A DNA stretch of 64,000 nt from positions 28,481,767-28,545,766 of the forward strand of contig NC_133617.1 of assembly GCF_048593235.1 (NCBI RefSeq), in the 5' to 3' direction. Of this stretch, positions 37,307 through 48,349 are shown piece after piece; within the stretch, counting starts at the first letter, position 1, and every line of letters begins with the position of its first letter. The stretch is from Sminthopsis crassicaudata (taxonomy: Eukaryota). Under the pieces are notes generated by a model. The model was given only the letters and a program-made list of their open reading frames with translations, did no database searches and was not told the origin of the DNA. Both the position numbers and the translations under genes were made by a program.

Positions 37307-37603
37307 GCCGAATATGAGGAGCTGAATGAGATCTATACTGAAGAGAAAGCTCAGCTGGCTGAGCTGAAGGAAAAACACGCCGTCCTGCTCCAAGAGTTTG
37401 CCCAGATCAAGGAAGAGAGACTTATCAACTCCAAGAAGAAGCTGGAGGCTGAGAAGGAGATGTCCCTCATGGTTCGGTCGGCCACCCTTATCCAAGCATT
37501 CTGGAAGGGCTATTTGGTCAGGTCGCTGCTGAAGTCAAAGCGGAGGAAGAAGGGCAAGGGCAAGGGCAAAGGCAAGGGCAAGGGCAAGGGCAAGAAGAAG
37601 TAG
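37307..37603 (+). CDS. IQCD: IQCD last coding exon with IQ motif and (GK)7 tail
   Basis: ttccctttag|GCC; [10 protein letters not shown]...[18 protein letters not shown]...GKGKGK KK*; TAG at 37601-37603. Confidence 0.96.
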   Translation, partial: AEYEELNEIYTEEKAQLAELKEKHAVLLQEFAQIKEERLINSKKKLEAEKEMSLMVRSATLIQAFWKGYLVRSLLKSKRRKKGKGKGKGKGKGKGKKK

Positions 37604-37891
37604 CCGCTGCCCAAGGGGTCCCTGCAAGATGGGGGCTGCTCTCCTCTCATCTCTCTTCCTCCCCCACCCCTTCCCAGCCCATTCTTCTGACAGCTAGTTA
37701 GAGAGAGGAGGGCACATCCCAGAATGCTCCTCCCTGCCTGGGGCAGTTACACACGGATCCCCAGATGGTGAGAGTGCAGGCTACTGTGGGCCCTTCGGAT
37801 CCCCCGGGCATTCTGCTGATCAGTGAGCACCCCGAGCCTGTGGACAGAACCAGACGGCCACGTTCAGGGCTTCCCTCTCTGTACTCACACC

Positions 37892-37897
37892 AATAAA
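37892..37897 (+). terminator. IQCD: IQCD polyadenylation signal AATAAA
   Basis: First AATAAA, about 290 nt after the stop codon. Confidence 0.75.
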
Positions 37898-39170
37898 GTC
37901 CCTTCTCCTGCATCCCACCCTGGGCGTCTTTTCCCCATTTGCTGCCATTCAGAGCAGAGCAGGTCTTTGGGCTGAGAGAGCAGATAGCGATGGGCTCCTA
38001 CTCCTAAAGAGGCTCAGACTCTCCTCTCCAGCCAAAACTCAACTTTGAAGAATCAGTACAACTTTTCTCCCACTCCGCCACGGCAGCCGTGATCTCAAAC
38101 CTCGGAAAGTTTGGGAAGAGCCCCCAAGAGGGATCAGGCCTGGCTGCTGGTGAAAAGGTTTCCTTTCTCCACGAGTTTTAAACTCTCATAGACAAAGGGG
38201 CAGAATCCCAGGCTGGCAGAGCTGTACACCTACCCACACACACACGGACACACTCTCCACCCAAGGCCCGGGGGAGACCTCATCCCAGCATGGAAAAGAC
38301 CATGTGTCTGTGTGGGGAGGGGGGACACAAGCTGGTCCTCCAAGCTGGACAGTGGCCATTCTCCCAAGACCAGCTCAGCCAATTTCACAGAGTGCCTCTC
38401 CCGGGGCCACATCCTCTCACAGCTGACCCTGAGGTATCTTCCGGGAAGTCCAGTGTTCTGCAAACTCCATTAAGGCAGGGGTCCACCCAGGGTCTCTGAA
38501 CTTTTTTTTATGTCAACTGTATTTCAATAGAATTGGTTTCTTCTACGATCCTATGTATGTTATTTAACGCATTTAACCGCATTATGCTGAGAAAAGATCC
38601 AGAAGGCCAAAGGGATCCAGGAGACACCCCCTCCATGGAGCTTAGGAGAGTTCTGCTTTGCAGCTGTGGAAAGAGTGCCCTTCCTCACAAAAATAGAGAG
38701 CAGCAAAAGACATATGCACATAATACTTTTTAAGGGCCCATGAAGAAAAACCCCTGGCAAACATATTGCAATCTCCTTGTTTTTCTGAGTTGGAAGGGCC
38801 CAATCACAGGCCATGGTCCCTCAGCTCAGGACAGCCTCCAGAGCATGGCACAGAGCATATTCTCTTCCCAGGACAGGTTGGCCAAAATGGCTAATGAGCT
38901 CCCTTCCCATTCTGCACACTGTCACCGGGAGAACCTGGGACTCTTCCTGCATGAAGGGTCCCCCCCTCCATACCTTATTGAGGCCTACATGTGTGTGGCA
39001 GGAGCACCCAGGGTGTAAAAAAAACCTTGTCTCCAAGGATTTAATGGGCCCACGTGGACACGAATGGCTCAGTGCCCCTGAAGAGTCAGCCCTGGGCTGA
39101 TGCAGCCCCGAGGCTGCCCTGGGACACCACAAGAGAGAGAAGACATCTCTATGGGTTGGCAACAGTAGAG

Positions 39171-39176
39171 TTTATT
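39171..39176 (-). terminator. RITA1: RITA1 polyadenylation signal AATAAA
   Basis: TTTATT on the plus strand, about 250 nt beyond the RITA1 stop. Confidence 0.75.
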
Positions 39177-39427
39177 GGGTTGCATGATGACCCCGACCAA
39201 CTAGGGACGGAGGAACAAGGCCGAAGGAACAGGCCCATCTGTCCCAAAGGCGGAATCTCTGCACCGACCCTCCCAGGGCAGACTGAACGGATGCATGGGA
39301 ATGGGTCAGACTCCTTCCTCCTCCCCTCTCACTGGGGGGGGTGCCCCTGGCTGGAGTAAGGCTGAAGCCTGCACGAGTCCATGTCTCTGTCCCCGTCTGG
39401 GATATGACATGGAGGCAAGGTCACAAG

Positions 39428-39926
39428 TCACTTCCAGGGTGGCTTTGGCTTGGGAGTGGCCACATGCTTCCGGGGAGTGGCTGGTTCTGAGAGGTTGGTG
39501 GCACGAGCCCTGGGGGTCACCAATGGGTTCTGGAAGGTCCCCGCAGCTGTCTGAGTCCAAGCTTGCTGCTGCCCCTTCGGACGGGGGGGACTGGTGCCAG
39601 GGGAGTGCCCGCCAGGGAAGGCATTCAGATGGGTGAGTGACTGGGAGTGCCCCCTCTTGAGGGAGCCAGGGGAATCCAGGCCATCCGAGAGCCTCTGCCA
39701 AACGTCCAACTTGTTCCTGCTCTTTGGCTTTGGGTGAATGGCCCGCAGCGGGGTCTCCTTGGGTCGGGGGGAGCGATTGGCCCAGGGTGCTGGTGGGGGG
39801 GTCCAGAGGAGGGGCTGGAGCTTTGCCGCATCCTCCTTCTTCATCCACGGTGCATCCCAGGTGGGTTCCTCCTGTCGGGAGCTAAAGAGAGTCTCATCAC
39901 AGAAGGATGGTGTGTGACGGATAAGC
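39428..39926 (-). CDS. RITA1: RBPJ-interacting and tubulin-associated protein 1, last coding exon (499 nt)
   Basis: ctttttgtttcag|; (R)LIRHTPSFCDETLFSSR...LQPLLWTPPP (PhiWPhiP RBPJ-binding motif)...ATPKPKPPWK*. Confidence 0.96.
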
Positions 39927-42269
39927 CTGAAACAAAAAGGTTAGAAAATGAACAATGAGTCAGTCAGTGGGGGGAGCGGCTCCTAGGAATGGGGTCTGTA
40001 TCCGGCTGGGCAACCCTGCTTCTCCTGAGTCCAAGAACCACAATCCCAGCTCTGCAGCTGGAAGGGACCCCAGAAGTCACCTCATTTTAGATGGGGAAAC
40101 TGAGGCTCACAAAGATTAAGGGACACAGATAGAAGATACAAATGCAGCTCCTTAGACCCCACAGCCAGAAACTTTTCCATGGCCATGTGGTACATTGTAA
40201 ATGGCCCCTGAATCACCAGAAAGGTCCCATTCTGTGGGGAGAAGGAAGCAGCATGGCTACCCCTGGAATCAGGAGTTCCCATCTCACCTCTGAAATTCAT
40301 GGGCACATTACTCAATATAAGCCTCAGTGACCTCATCTGTAAAATGGAGATGAATATAAGCCCTCCCACATACTGAGCACAGACTATGTGCCTGCCACTG
40401 TGCTAAGTGCTGGGATGTGATGAGGACCAAATAGGACAATGGCTGCCACGAGCTTTGCAAGTCCTTTTGAGGCAGTTGGGGTTAAGTGACTTGTCCAGCA
40501 TCACACAGTGTCTCAGGTCCTCCTGATTCCATCTACCTGCCCCCTTCCCAAGTCTAAAGCCTTAGGAATTTTTATTTCCTTCTGTATCTATTAGATAGAT
40601 ATCCAGGCTCAGCTGGCATTCTGCCAGGACGGGGGCAGCTGGTTAAGAACCCTACCTGCTACTGCAGAGTTCTAGATATTTTGGACAATTCTTCCTTACA
40701 CTGAACAAGACCTAATTATGTCTCCTGGAACTATACACCACCCAGTCTAAGCCGAGGGGCCTGTATTAAGCATCCACTATGACCCAGACACTAGGCTAAC
40801 CTCTGCCCTCAAGAAGCTCCTAGTCTAATGGAGGAGAGAGAACACATGCAGAACTTTATGGAAACAAGCTCTAGATAAGAGAAAATGGGAGAAGTCCTTC
40901 CTCTACATGACAACCCTTCAGAATTTAAAGTCACAATCATTCCTCCAGGTGTGCTCCCCAGGTGTCTTTCAAAAATCAGCCTTGATAAGAGTTCCACATT
41001 ATGATAATGATGATGGATAATGATTATGGCTAGTCCTAACAAAGCACCTACTAAGTGCCAGGCTCTGTGCTAAGCAATTTACAAAAATGATTTCACTTGG
41101 TCTTAATAACAATCTGTGGTTCTAATATACAGGAATAGTCAAACTATGTCTATGAAGTGTCAATATCAGGCAGCATCTTCAAAGCCAAAATGATAGGTGG
41201 ATGTGAAGTGATAAAATAGTTGTTGGAAGAGGCAAACGACTAGGAAAAGTGATCCGATGATTACATGGAGTCCATGGAAACCTGTTGCTACAAAAAATGT
41301 GGAACCATAGTCAACATTATTCCTATCTTAAAGACAAGGAAACTGAGGCAGACAGAGACAAGGACTTGCCCAAGTCACATGTGTGAGGCTGGATTTGAAT
41401 TCAGGTTCCTGACTCTAGGCCCAGGGCTCGCTCTGGTGCATTCCCTAGCTGCCTCAGATCTTTTAATCAATGTCAATGATAAAAATATCAAATGTGGCAA
41501 GAATGGAACCTGGAAGCTCATCGTCATGAGAGAACCCTCTCAGTTAGCCCTCGTCTGTGAATCAGCAAGGTCTTAAGACAAAGGTTTCAATAGCTTCCCA
41601 ACCCATATTTCTCCCATCTGATGCACAAGATCAGCAAAGATCCAAGTTTAGGCATTCCACAGTTCTAACAGGATAATCCACCTTCTATATGCAATTAACG
41701 TTAGGGATTCCCTCTGGACTCAAGGAGCAAACAGAAAATCCTATTTTTGGCATTTAGATCGTGGCCCCCTTCCTACCTTTCCCACCTTCCTGGACCTTCC
41801 TCCCTGACTCAGTGCTAGCAGCCTCCAGGCTTCTTGCCCAAGATTCGATGCTGGGCCTTAGCACTACCTGTCCCCCTTTGCCAGAAATGGTTTCCCTTCT
41901 TATCTCCACCTCACCTGTTACCAGAAGCCTTTCCTGATCCCCCTTAACACTGCTAGTGCCTTTCTTTTGGGCTTAGGTCCAATTTCTCTCTTATTTGGGA
42001 GAGAGAATCCCCACCTATTTCGGGGCAGTTCTAGATTTTGGACAATTCTTCCTCACACTGAACAAGTCCTGATTAGGTGGTCTGGAACTATACACCACAC
42101 AATCTAAGCCAAGGGGCATGTAGGAAGCCTGTGCTGTGTTTAGCTGTTTGCATGTTGTGTTCCCCATGAGACCGAGTTCTTGGAGGGCATGCACTGCCTT
42201 TTGCCTTTCTCAGTATCCCCAGAATTTAGCACAATAACCAGGCACATTTGTGTTACTTAATTATGTCTC

Positions 42270-42440
42270 CCCCAATTTGGGATGTTGGCAGAGATACTGG
42301 AGTGGTGTGCCATTTCTGAGAGGAGGAAACTGAGGCAAGGTGACTTGCATAGGGTCCCACAAGTAAGTGTCTGAGGCTGGATTTGAACTCGGGTGGTCCT
42401 AGCCCCAAGTCTGGCACTCCATCCACCATACCACATAGTT
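42270..42440 (-). mobile_element. Mar1-like SINE
   Basis: TTGGCAGAGATACTGGAGTGGTGTGCCATT...GAGGAAACTGAGGC...GGATTTGAACTC. Confidence 0.75.
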
Positions 42441-42616
42441 GGCACATTTTAAATACTTGATTTGATTCAACTATCAGAGTAGTTCTGTGACTCACTCTGA
42501 CCCTCTGCTTTCTCTCTCTGCAAAATGAAGGGGGGATAGACTCCATGGCCTCGAAGCGCCCCCCCCCCTCTTGTTGGATACTTTGAGACTCTGCCTGTTC
42601 CCAATCCTGCTGTTAC

Positions 42617-42921
42617 CTGTATTTATTTTTCTTCCTGAGAGGGTAGGGAGGGGTACTGCTGCTGCTTTTGGAGGGGTCCAAATTCAGGTTCCATTTGGTC
42701 CCCTCAGAATTAGGGGTTAATGGCACAAGCTTCCCAGATCTGGCCCGCACTGCCCAAGGAGGGTCAAACTTCGGTGGTGTCGGCCGAGCCCCGGAAGGCT
42801 TGCCAAACAAAGTCTCATCCACGAACGACGTGCTGGATTTGACTCGGTAGCCACTTTGGCCTTTATGTTGCAGCTGGAGAGCCTGGATCCCATTGATGGC
42901 AAGCTCGACGGAGGTCTTCAT
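42617..42921 (-). CDS. RITA1: RITA1 first coding exon (305 nt)
   Basis: MKTSVELAINGIQALQLQHKGQSGYRVKSSTSFVDETLFGKP...RKKNKY(R); donor CAG|GTAACA. CDS totals 804 nt (267 aa). The acceptor is ambiguous (candidates at 42934, 42992 and about 43114-43127). Confidence 0.95.
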
Positions 42922-43399
42922 TATGTGGCTGACTCTGAAATCACAAGAACCCCGGGGGGAGGGGGGTCTGACACTTGGGTCCGTGTCCTTCCCTGGAACC
43001 CGGGCCAAACGGGATCTAATAAATACCCTCTAAACCTCCCTCGCGCCTCTGCGCAGCTGCTGGGGCTTCAAGCCTCTGGGCCAGCTCCCCCGGCCAGGGG
43101 CGGGCAGGCAAGGCCTGTTGCTACAAACTAACAAACAAGGAAACAAAGAAACAACCCAGAAGATCGGGAGAAGCGGGGCCGGCCCCACCAGGGCCCCCGC
43201 GGCTGCTCCAAGCGCTCTGCTAATGCACGGAGTGGGGCGGTGGGCGCGGAGGAGGGGATTGTGAGGAATGTATAAAATATAGCCCAAGACCCCTCCCCAC
43301 AAACAGCCCTTCGGTCTAAATCTGCACGTTTCTGCCGCAGGTTCGCCCCACGCCCCAGCATCCCGTCCTCCTCGGGTGTTGTTCTAAGCGTGTTCTTCT

Positions 43400-44760
43400 G
43401 AGCGGGAGCATGCACAGCGGAGCCCGGCCGGGCCCGGGCTGCGGCAGTGACCGCGAGCAGCCACCGAAGTCCGGGAGCCGCTCCCGGCCGGGGCGCTTAC
43501 CTGAGGGGAGCAGGAAGCGGGCGGCCTGGCGGTCCCCGGACGCCCAATGACACTGGCCGCGGAGAGCGCTCCAGACAGCCTCGGCCACCCTAGTAGCGAA
43601 CTGCGCCGAGGACTCGACCATTCTCTCCAGGAGGTCGGGGGAGACCAGGGCCCAGCCCACCCTCCCCTCAGCCCGCCCCGATCGGAGCCGGGGACAGAAG
43701 GCGAGCAGGACCGCCCCAGACGTCTCCCCCCAGGGGACCATGTTCGAAGCCCCGCCCCTTCGGCGGGTGGAGCAAACGGGGGTGCGGTTCCGTCGGCTGC
43801 GCCGCCTCCGCCGACACCGCTTCACCCGCTTCCTCCGCCTCTTGGTACAGGCCGTGGTGGAAGGCTTCGGCGCGCACGGCTGCGGCGGCGGCGAGTGAGT
43901 CGCCGAACACGGCGACCGAGTCTTCTTGGTGCATCTGCGCGCCCGCTCCCGGCCCACATCAGTCATGAGCACGGTCAGACCCAAGGGCTCGCGGCGCGCA
44001 CGTGAGCACGACCGCCGCCGAGGCTTAGCTGGAGACATGGGAGGCGGCGACTTCGAGATCCAGCCCGAAGGCGGTGGAAACGTGGAGGCCCGGGAGGTGG
44101 GAAGCCCGGGGAGGGGGAGGGCGGCGGGAAGTGGGAAGCTGGAGGGGGGGGGAAGGGCGGCGGGAGCGTAACGGGAGGGGGGGGACCTGGGGACCTGCCC
44201 CGGCCCGGGAGTGAACGGGCCGCGTGGCGCGCCGGGACCCCAGTACGCCGGACCGGCTGGGAGGCAGCCCCGGCCCTTAGCGTTTCCTATCCGGAGCCTC
44301 ATTGGCTGCTTCCCAGTGACGAGGCGGGGTCATTGTCTCCTCACCCAATCAGGAGTAGCCGGGGACTTGCGCGGAGGGGGTGGGGGACGGGGATGAGCCG
44401 CGTCATCTGCGGCCTGACGGAAGCAGGTTCAGGTCTGCTGCCGGGCAGGATCCGGTCCGCCGGCCGGTGCCTGTTTCTCGGCCAGAACCCTCTCCGTGGC
44501 TAGTACCCGGTCCGTGGCCGAGAGCCGGCTCTTTACACTCTCTCGTTTGTGGTGGGAGGGGCCTGGACTTGTGGAGGCTGGCGGCCTCCCGGGGGAGGGG
44601 GGGGGCAGACTCCTCCTGCCAGTGCGGGTCGCCGCCGAGGTCGGGCCTCCCTCCAGTCTCCCCGGCTTCCTCCACTTCCCACCTAAAGTCTGTTTCCAGA
44701 CGCCCTTGATGGCTCTGGCTCCCGCCGGATCATCTTCCATCAGTGGGCCCTTGCTTGTCC
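43400..44760. promoter_or_regulatory. CpG island and bidirectional RITA1/DDX54 promoter region
   Basis: Very CpG-rich; CCAAT at 43544, 44301 (reverse) and 44345; ETS-like motifs at 43511 and 44415-44424; strong minus-strand donor CAG|GTAAGC at 43501/43500. Confidence 0.85.
43965..44096 (+). CDS. DDX54: DEAD-box helicase 54, probable exon 1 (132 nt)
   Basis: MSTVRPKGSRRAREHDRRRGLAGDMGGGDFEIQPEGGGNVEARE; GDFEIQPE resembles human GEFEIQAE as recalled; phase-0 donor GAG|GTGGGA fits exon 2. Full 20-exon CDS is 2595 nt (864 aa). Confidence 0.7.
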
Positions 44761-45563
44761 CCTAGAGAGCGAGGCTGTCTTGTTGTGTCCTCAGCCCTTA
44801 CCTTAATGCCACGCAAACAATAGGTGCTTAATAGGTGCTTATTTACCGTCTGAGGCAGGACTCGAACCCAGGTTTTCCAGGGAGGCGTTCACATATCACT
44901 GAGGGTTTTAGAGTATTTCCACTACAACCTTCTGGGCTGGGCTTTGCCTGGCGTTTTAAGGTTTACTCATTTTGTCTCACATGGACGGAGAGACCTGGAC
45001 CTGCTGCCGGGAAGACCGAACTTACTGGCCTAGTGACTCTGAGCAAGTCACTCTAACCCCCATGTGCCTCAGTTTCCTTACCTATAGAATGGGGAGAATA
45101 ATAGGATCTACTTTTCAGGGTTGTAGTGAGAAATGAAATGAGTAATCATCATGGTTTTGTGACCCACAAATCCCAGATCCTATCAGTTCTCTCCCCCAGT
45201 CTCTGAAAGGTGGCCGTGGCAGGAATGATTGAGATGAGGTCTGGTCTCGAAGTTTAAGGGGCTTGCCCATGATCATACAGGGGGCTCAATAGCAGCAGAG
45301 CTGGGGCCTGAACTCAGGTCTTTTAACTCCAAAGCAGGAGCCCTTTCCCACACCTTGTGGCTATGGCTCCTCTTCAGGGACGGCTCCGGTTGGTGCCTTC
45401 CAGGAACCTAAAGTCGGCTTGAGATGTAAACTGTCCACGCCCGCTTCTCCCCTAGCCTTCCCCCGCCCTGCTGGCCAGGGCTGTGCCCTGCCTGTGCCCC
45501 CTCTGTGATGTCCATGGGGCACCCAGCTATTTAAGTGATCCTGCCTCCACCTCTCTGTGACAG

Positions 45564-45693
45564 ATGGGTCCCAGGAAGTCCCTGCCTGCCTTCCCTGCTT
45601 TGGAGGCAGCCTCAGATGTTGAGCCTGACACCCAGGAAATGATTCGTGCCCAGAACAAGAAGAAGAAAAAGTCTGGAGGCTTCCAGTCCATGG
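45564..45693 (+). CDS. DDX54: DDX54 exon 2 (130 nt)
   Basis: [10 protein letters not shown]...[27 protein letters not shown]; tgacag| and TGG|GTGAGT. Confidence 0.96.
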
Positions 45694-46634
45694 GTGAGTT
45701 AGTGGTGGAGCCACAGAGCCCAAAGCCGGAGCTCAAGTCTGCGGGACCCTGGATGCTTGTGAGCAGCGGGCCTGGGGATCCAGCAGGGAAACCGGGGGTG
45801 GGGGGGGTGGGGGAGGGATGCCTCTGCTGGGTCCTGTGCTGCACCCAGGGAGGAAGAGGACGGGCTCTGCTGTCCCGGAGCTCACTCTCTAGTTGAGTTG
45901 GCAGGACCCACGCGGGCCATTGTCGGGACCAGTGGGGTGGAAAGGGAGAGGCCAGTGGGAGTCCGGGATGAGGGGGGACTTCAAGGGATGCAGGAGCTCA
46001 TCTGGGCCCTGAACTGGGAGGACTGTCCAGTATAAGAGCAGCACACAGGTGGAGACTGGAAAAGGTGGCATGAGCATGTGTGAGAGGGTGATTGCGTGTG
46101 TCTGTACAACAATGACCACGGCTGTGAGACTGTGTGAACATGTGTGAGTGTGAGGGTGCTTTTGTGTCCCTGAGCAGTGTGCGCGAGTGATCACAGATGT
46201 GTGTCTGAGATTATGGTCTGTGTGCACGTGAATCATAGCTGGGTGTCTGGGAGTGATCACAGATGTGTTTGTGAACATGGGAGTCCTCACGTGTGAGTTT
46301 CTAAGTGTATGATTGTATGTGGGTGTGAGCATATACGTGTGAGCTTGTGTGTGTGTGTGTGCGCGCGCATACAGAATACAGGTGTTGGGGCTGCTATTTC
46401 CTCAGTGACACCGGCATGGGCCCTGAGCGATTGAGCTCTGTGGAAGGCAGCCCGGTCAGCGTGCGTCGTTGGTACGATCTCAGTCCGTTCTCTGCCCACT
46501 GCGCTCTAAGCTCACGGGTCCAGAATCAGGCGGTATGTGGCCCGGCACACACCAGTAGGCTGGTACCCTGCTGGAGGTGGGGGGCCCAGGAGGTGGGATT
46601 CCTGGGGTCTGATGAGCATTGGTGTCTCCCCCAG

Positions 46635-46705
46635 GCTTGAGCTACCCTGTCTTCAAGGGCATCATGAAGAAGGGCTACAAGGTGCCCACACCCATCCAGA
46701 GGAAG
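46635..46705 (+). CDS. DDX54: DDX54 exon 3 (71 nt), Q motif
   Basis: [23 protein letters not shown]; canonical AG/GT. Confidence 0.97.
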
Positions 46706-48160
46706 GTAAACAAGCCCCTGCTCGCTGTGTCCTGCCCCACTGGGCCAGCTCCCTGTCTCTGGTGTTTGAAGGAAACGAGGGATTCTTTGGATTCGGTTCC
46801 CTCCAATAAAGGGGGTTGGGAGTGGCCCTCTCAGGGATGAACCCAGTGAGCATGGGGAGGACCAGAGCCCCGGGCCGCCTGATTTCATGACCAGCCAGAC
46901 CTACCTGCTGGCATGCAATCCCATTGCATCCCCTCTTCATTGGCGTTAAGCCTTTCGCGTCTGCCCTTTTTTCATCTTGTCCTGAGAACGGCCCTTTGGA
47001 AGAAGCTGCCATTTTTACCAGCGGGGAAACCAAGGCTAGCCTTGCCCAGAGTCCAGGTCGGTAGCACAGTCGGGACTAGAGCCCGGCGCTCTGGACTCTC
47101 TTCAGATTAGTGTTTTTATTGCTAATGGAGGGAGTTGCCCATGGAACACTCCCTCCCCTCTATAGATCAGCACCTGTTCTGAACCTTCCCACTTTAAAGC
47201 ATTGCCTGGCACTCCAGCCAGCTAAGGGACTGGTCCAGGGTCAGGCAGACGGCAGGTGTCAGAGGCGTGACTTGAATCTAGCCCTTCCCGACTCTGAGGC
47301 CGGCTCTCTGCCGTGTTCCCCGGCCACAAGCAGCCTCAGTTGGGGAGAGTTGGCCACTCCCGGCCTGCCCCACAAGGCCTCTGTAAACTCCTGTTCCCAG
47401 GCTTCCTTACTTTCCATCAGGACTGCCCAGTGACTGGAGTATTCTGACTGGGCGGGGCTCCCATCTTCCATCTCCAGACCGAATGAGCATCAGGCCAGTC
47501 CTGAAGCTCATCTGGCAGCCCCCGCTTTGGAACTGAGCAGTGTCAAAACAGACAGTTCCCATTTGCAGTTTCCCCTTGTTTGAGCCTGTAGCTTTTAGTG
47601 TCGGGGGCTCCCTTCTGTCAAGGCCTCCCAGCACCTGCACTGAAATTTGTCATGTGCCCCAGACGCTGAGGATTCAGAGACTGCCCATTTTTCTTTGTCT
47701 CTTGGTAGCAGAGGCGGCACGTGAACCCAGGTTTTCCTGAGGGCCTCCTCTCCTCTGCCCTCTGTGTTACATCACAGTGCCTGGGGAGTGTGGAGCACAG
47801 GTCTCCTCAGTGCTTTCTTCCCAAGTGCCCTGTGAGAGATCTGGAGCAAATGGTCTATTATCTCATCTACAAAATGGGCGTAAGCCCAGCATCCTCCTCC
47901 CCCAGGGTTGTTGAGGATCCAGCCAGAGAGCATATATGGCCCTAGAGGGCCAAAAATAAAAGCTGGGGTGACAGGTTCACCGCAGGGCTCACAGACTGGA
48001 GAGGGGGAGAGGACCTCAGAGACTGTAGCCCCGGAGTTTTTCCCATTGCATCTGTCACCTCCCCTTCAGCCTCACTCCAAGGTTGGCCTGAGGGGGAAGA
48101 AAGTAGTGAGAGCAAAAGTGGCGTCTCTTAGCTTCTGATCCCAAGCATTCCCTCCCGCAG

Positions 48161-48349
48161 ACCATCCCAGTGATTCTGGACGGCAAGGATGTAGTGGCCA
48201 TGGCCCGAACGGGTAGTGGAAAGACAGCCTGCTTTCTCATCCCTATGTTTGAGAAACTCAAGGCTCACAGTGCCCAGACAGGTGCCCGGGCCCTCATCCT
48301 CTCGCCCACCCGAGAGCTGGCCCTGCAGACCATGAAATTCACCAAGGAG
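48161..48349 (+). CDS. DDX54: DDX54 exon 4 (189 nt), motifs I and Ia
   Basis: [22 protein letters not shown]...[17 protein letters not shown]. Confidence 0.98.
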
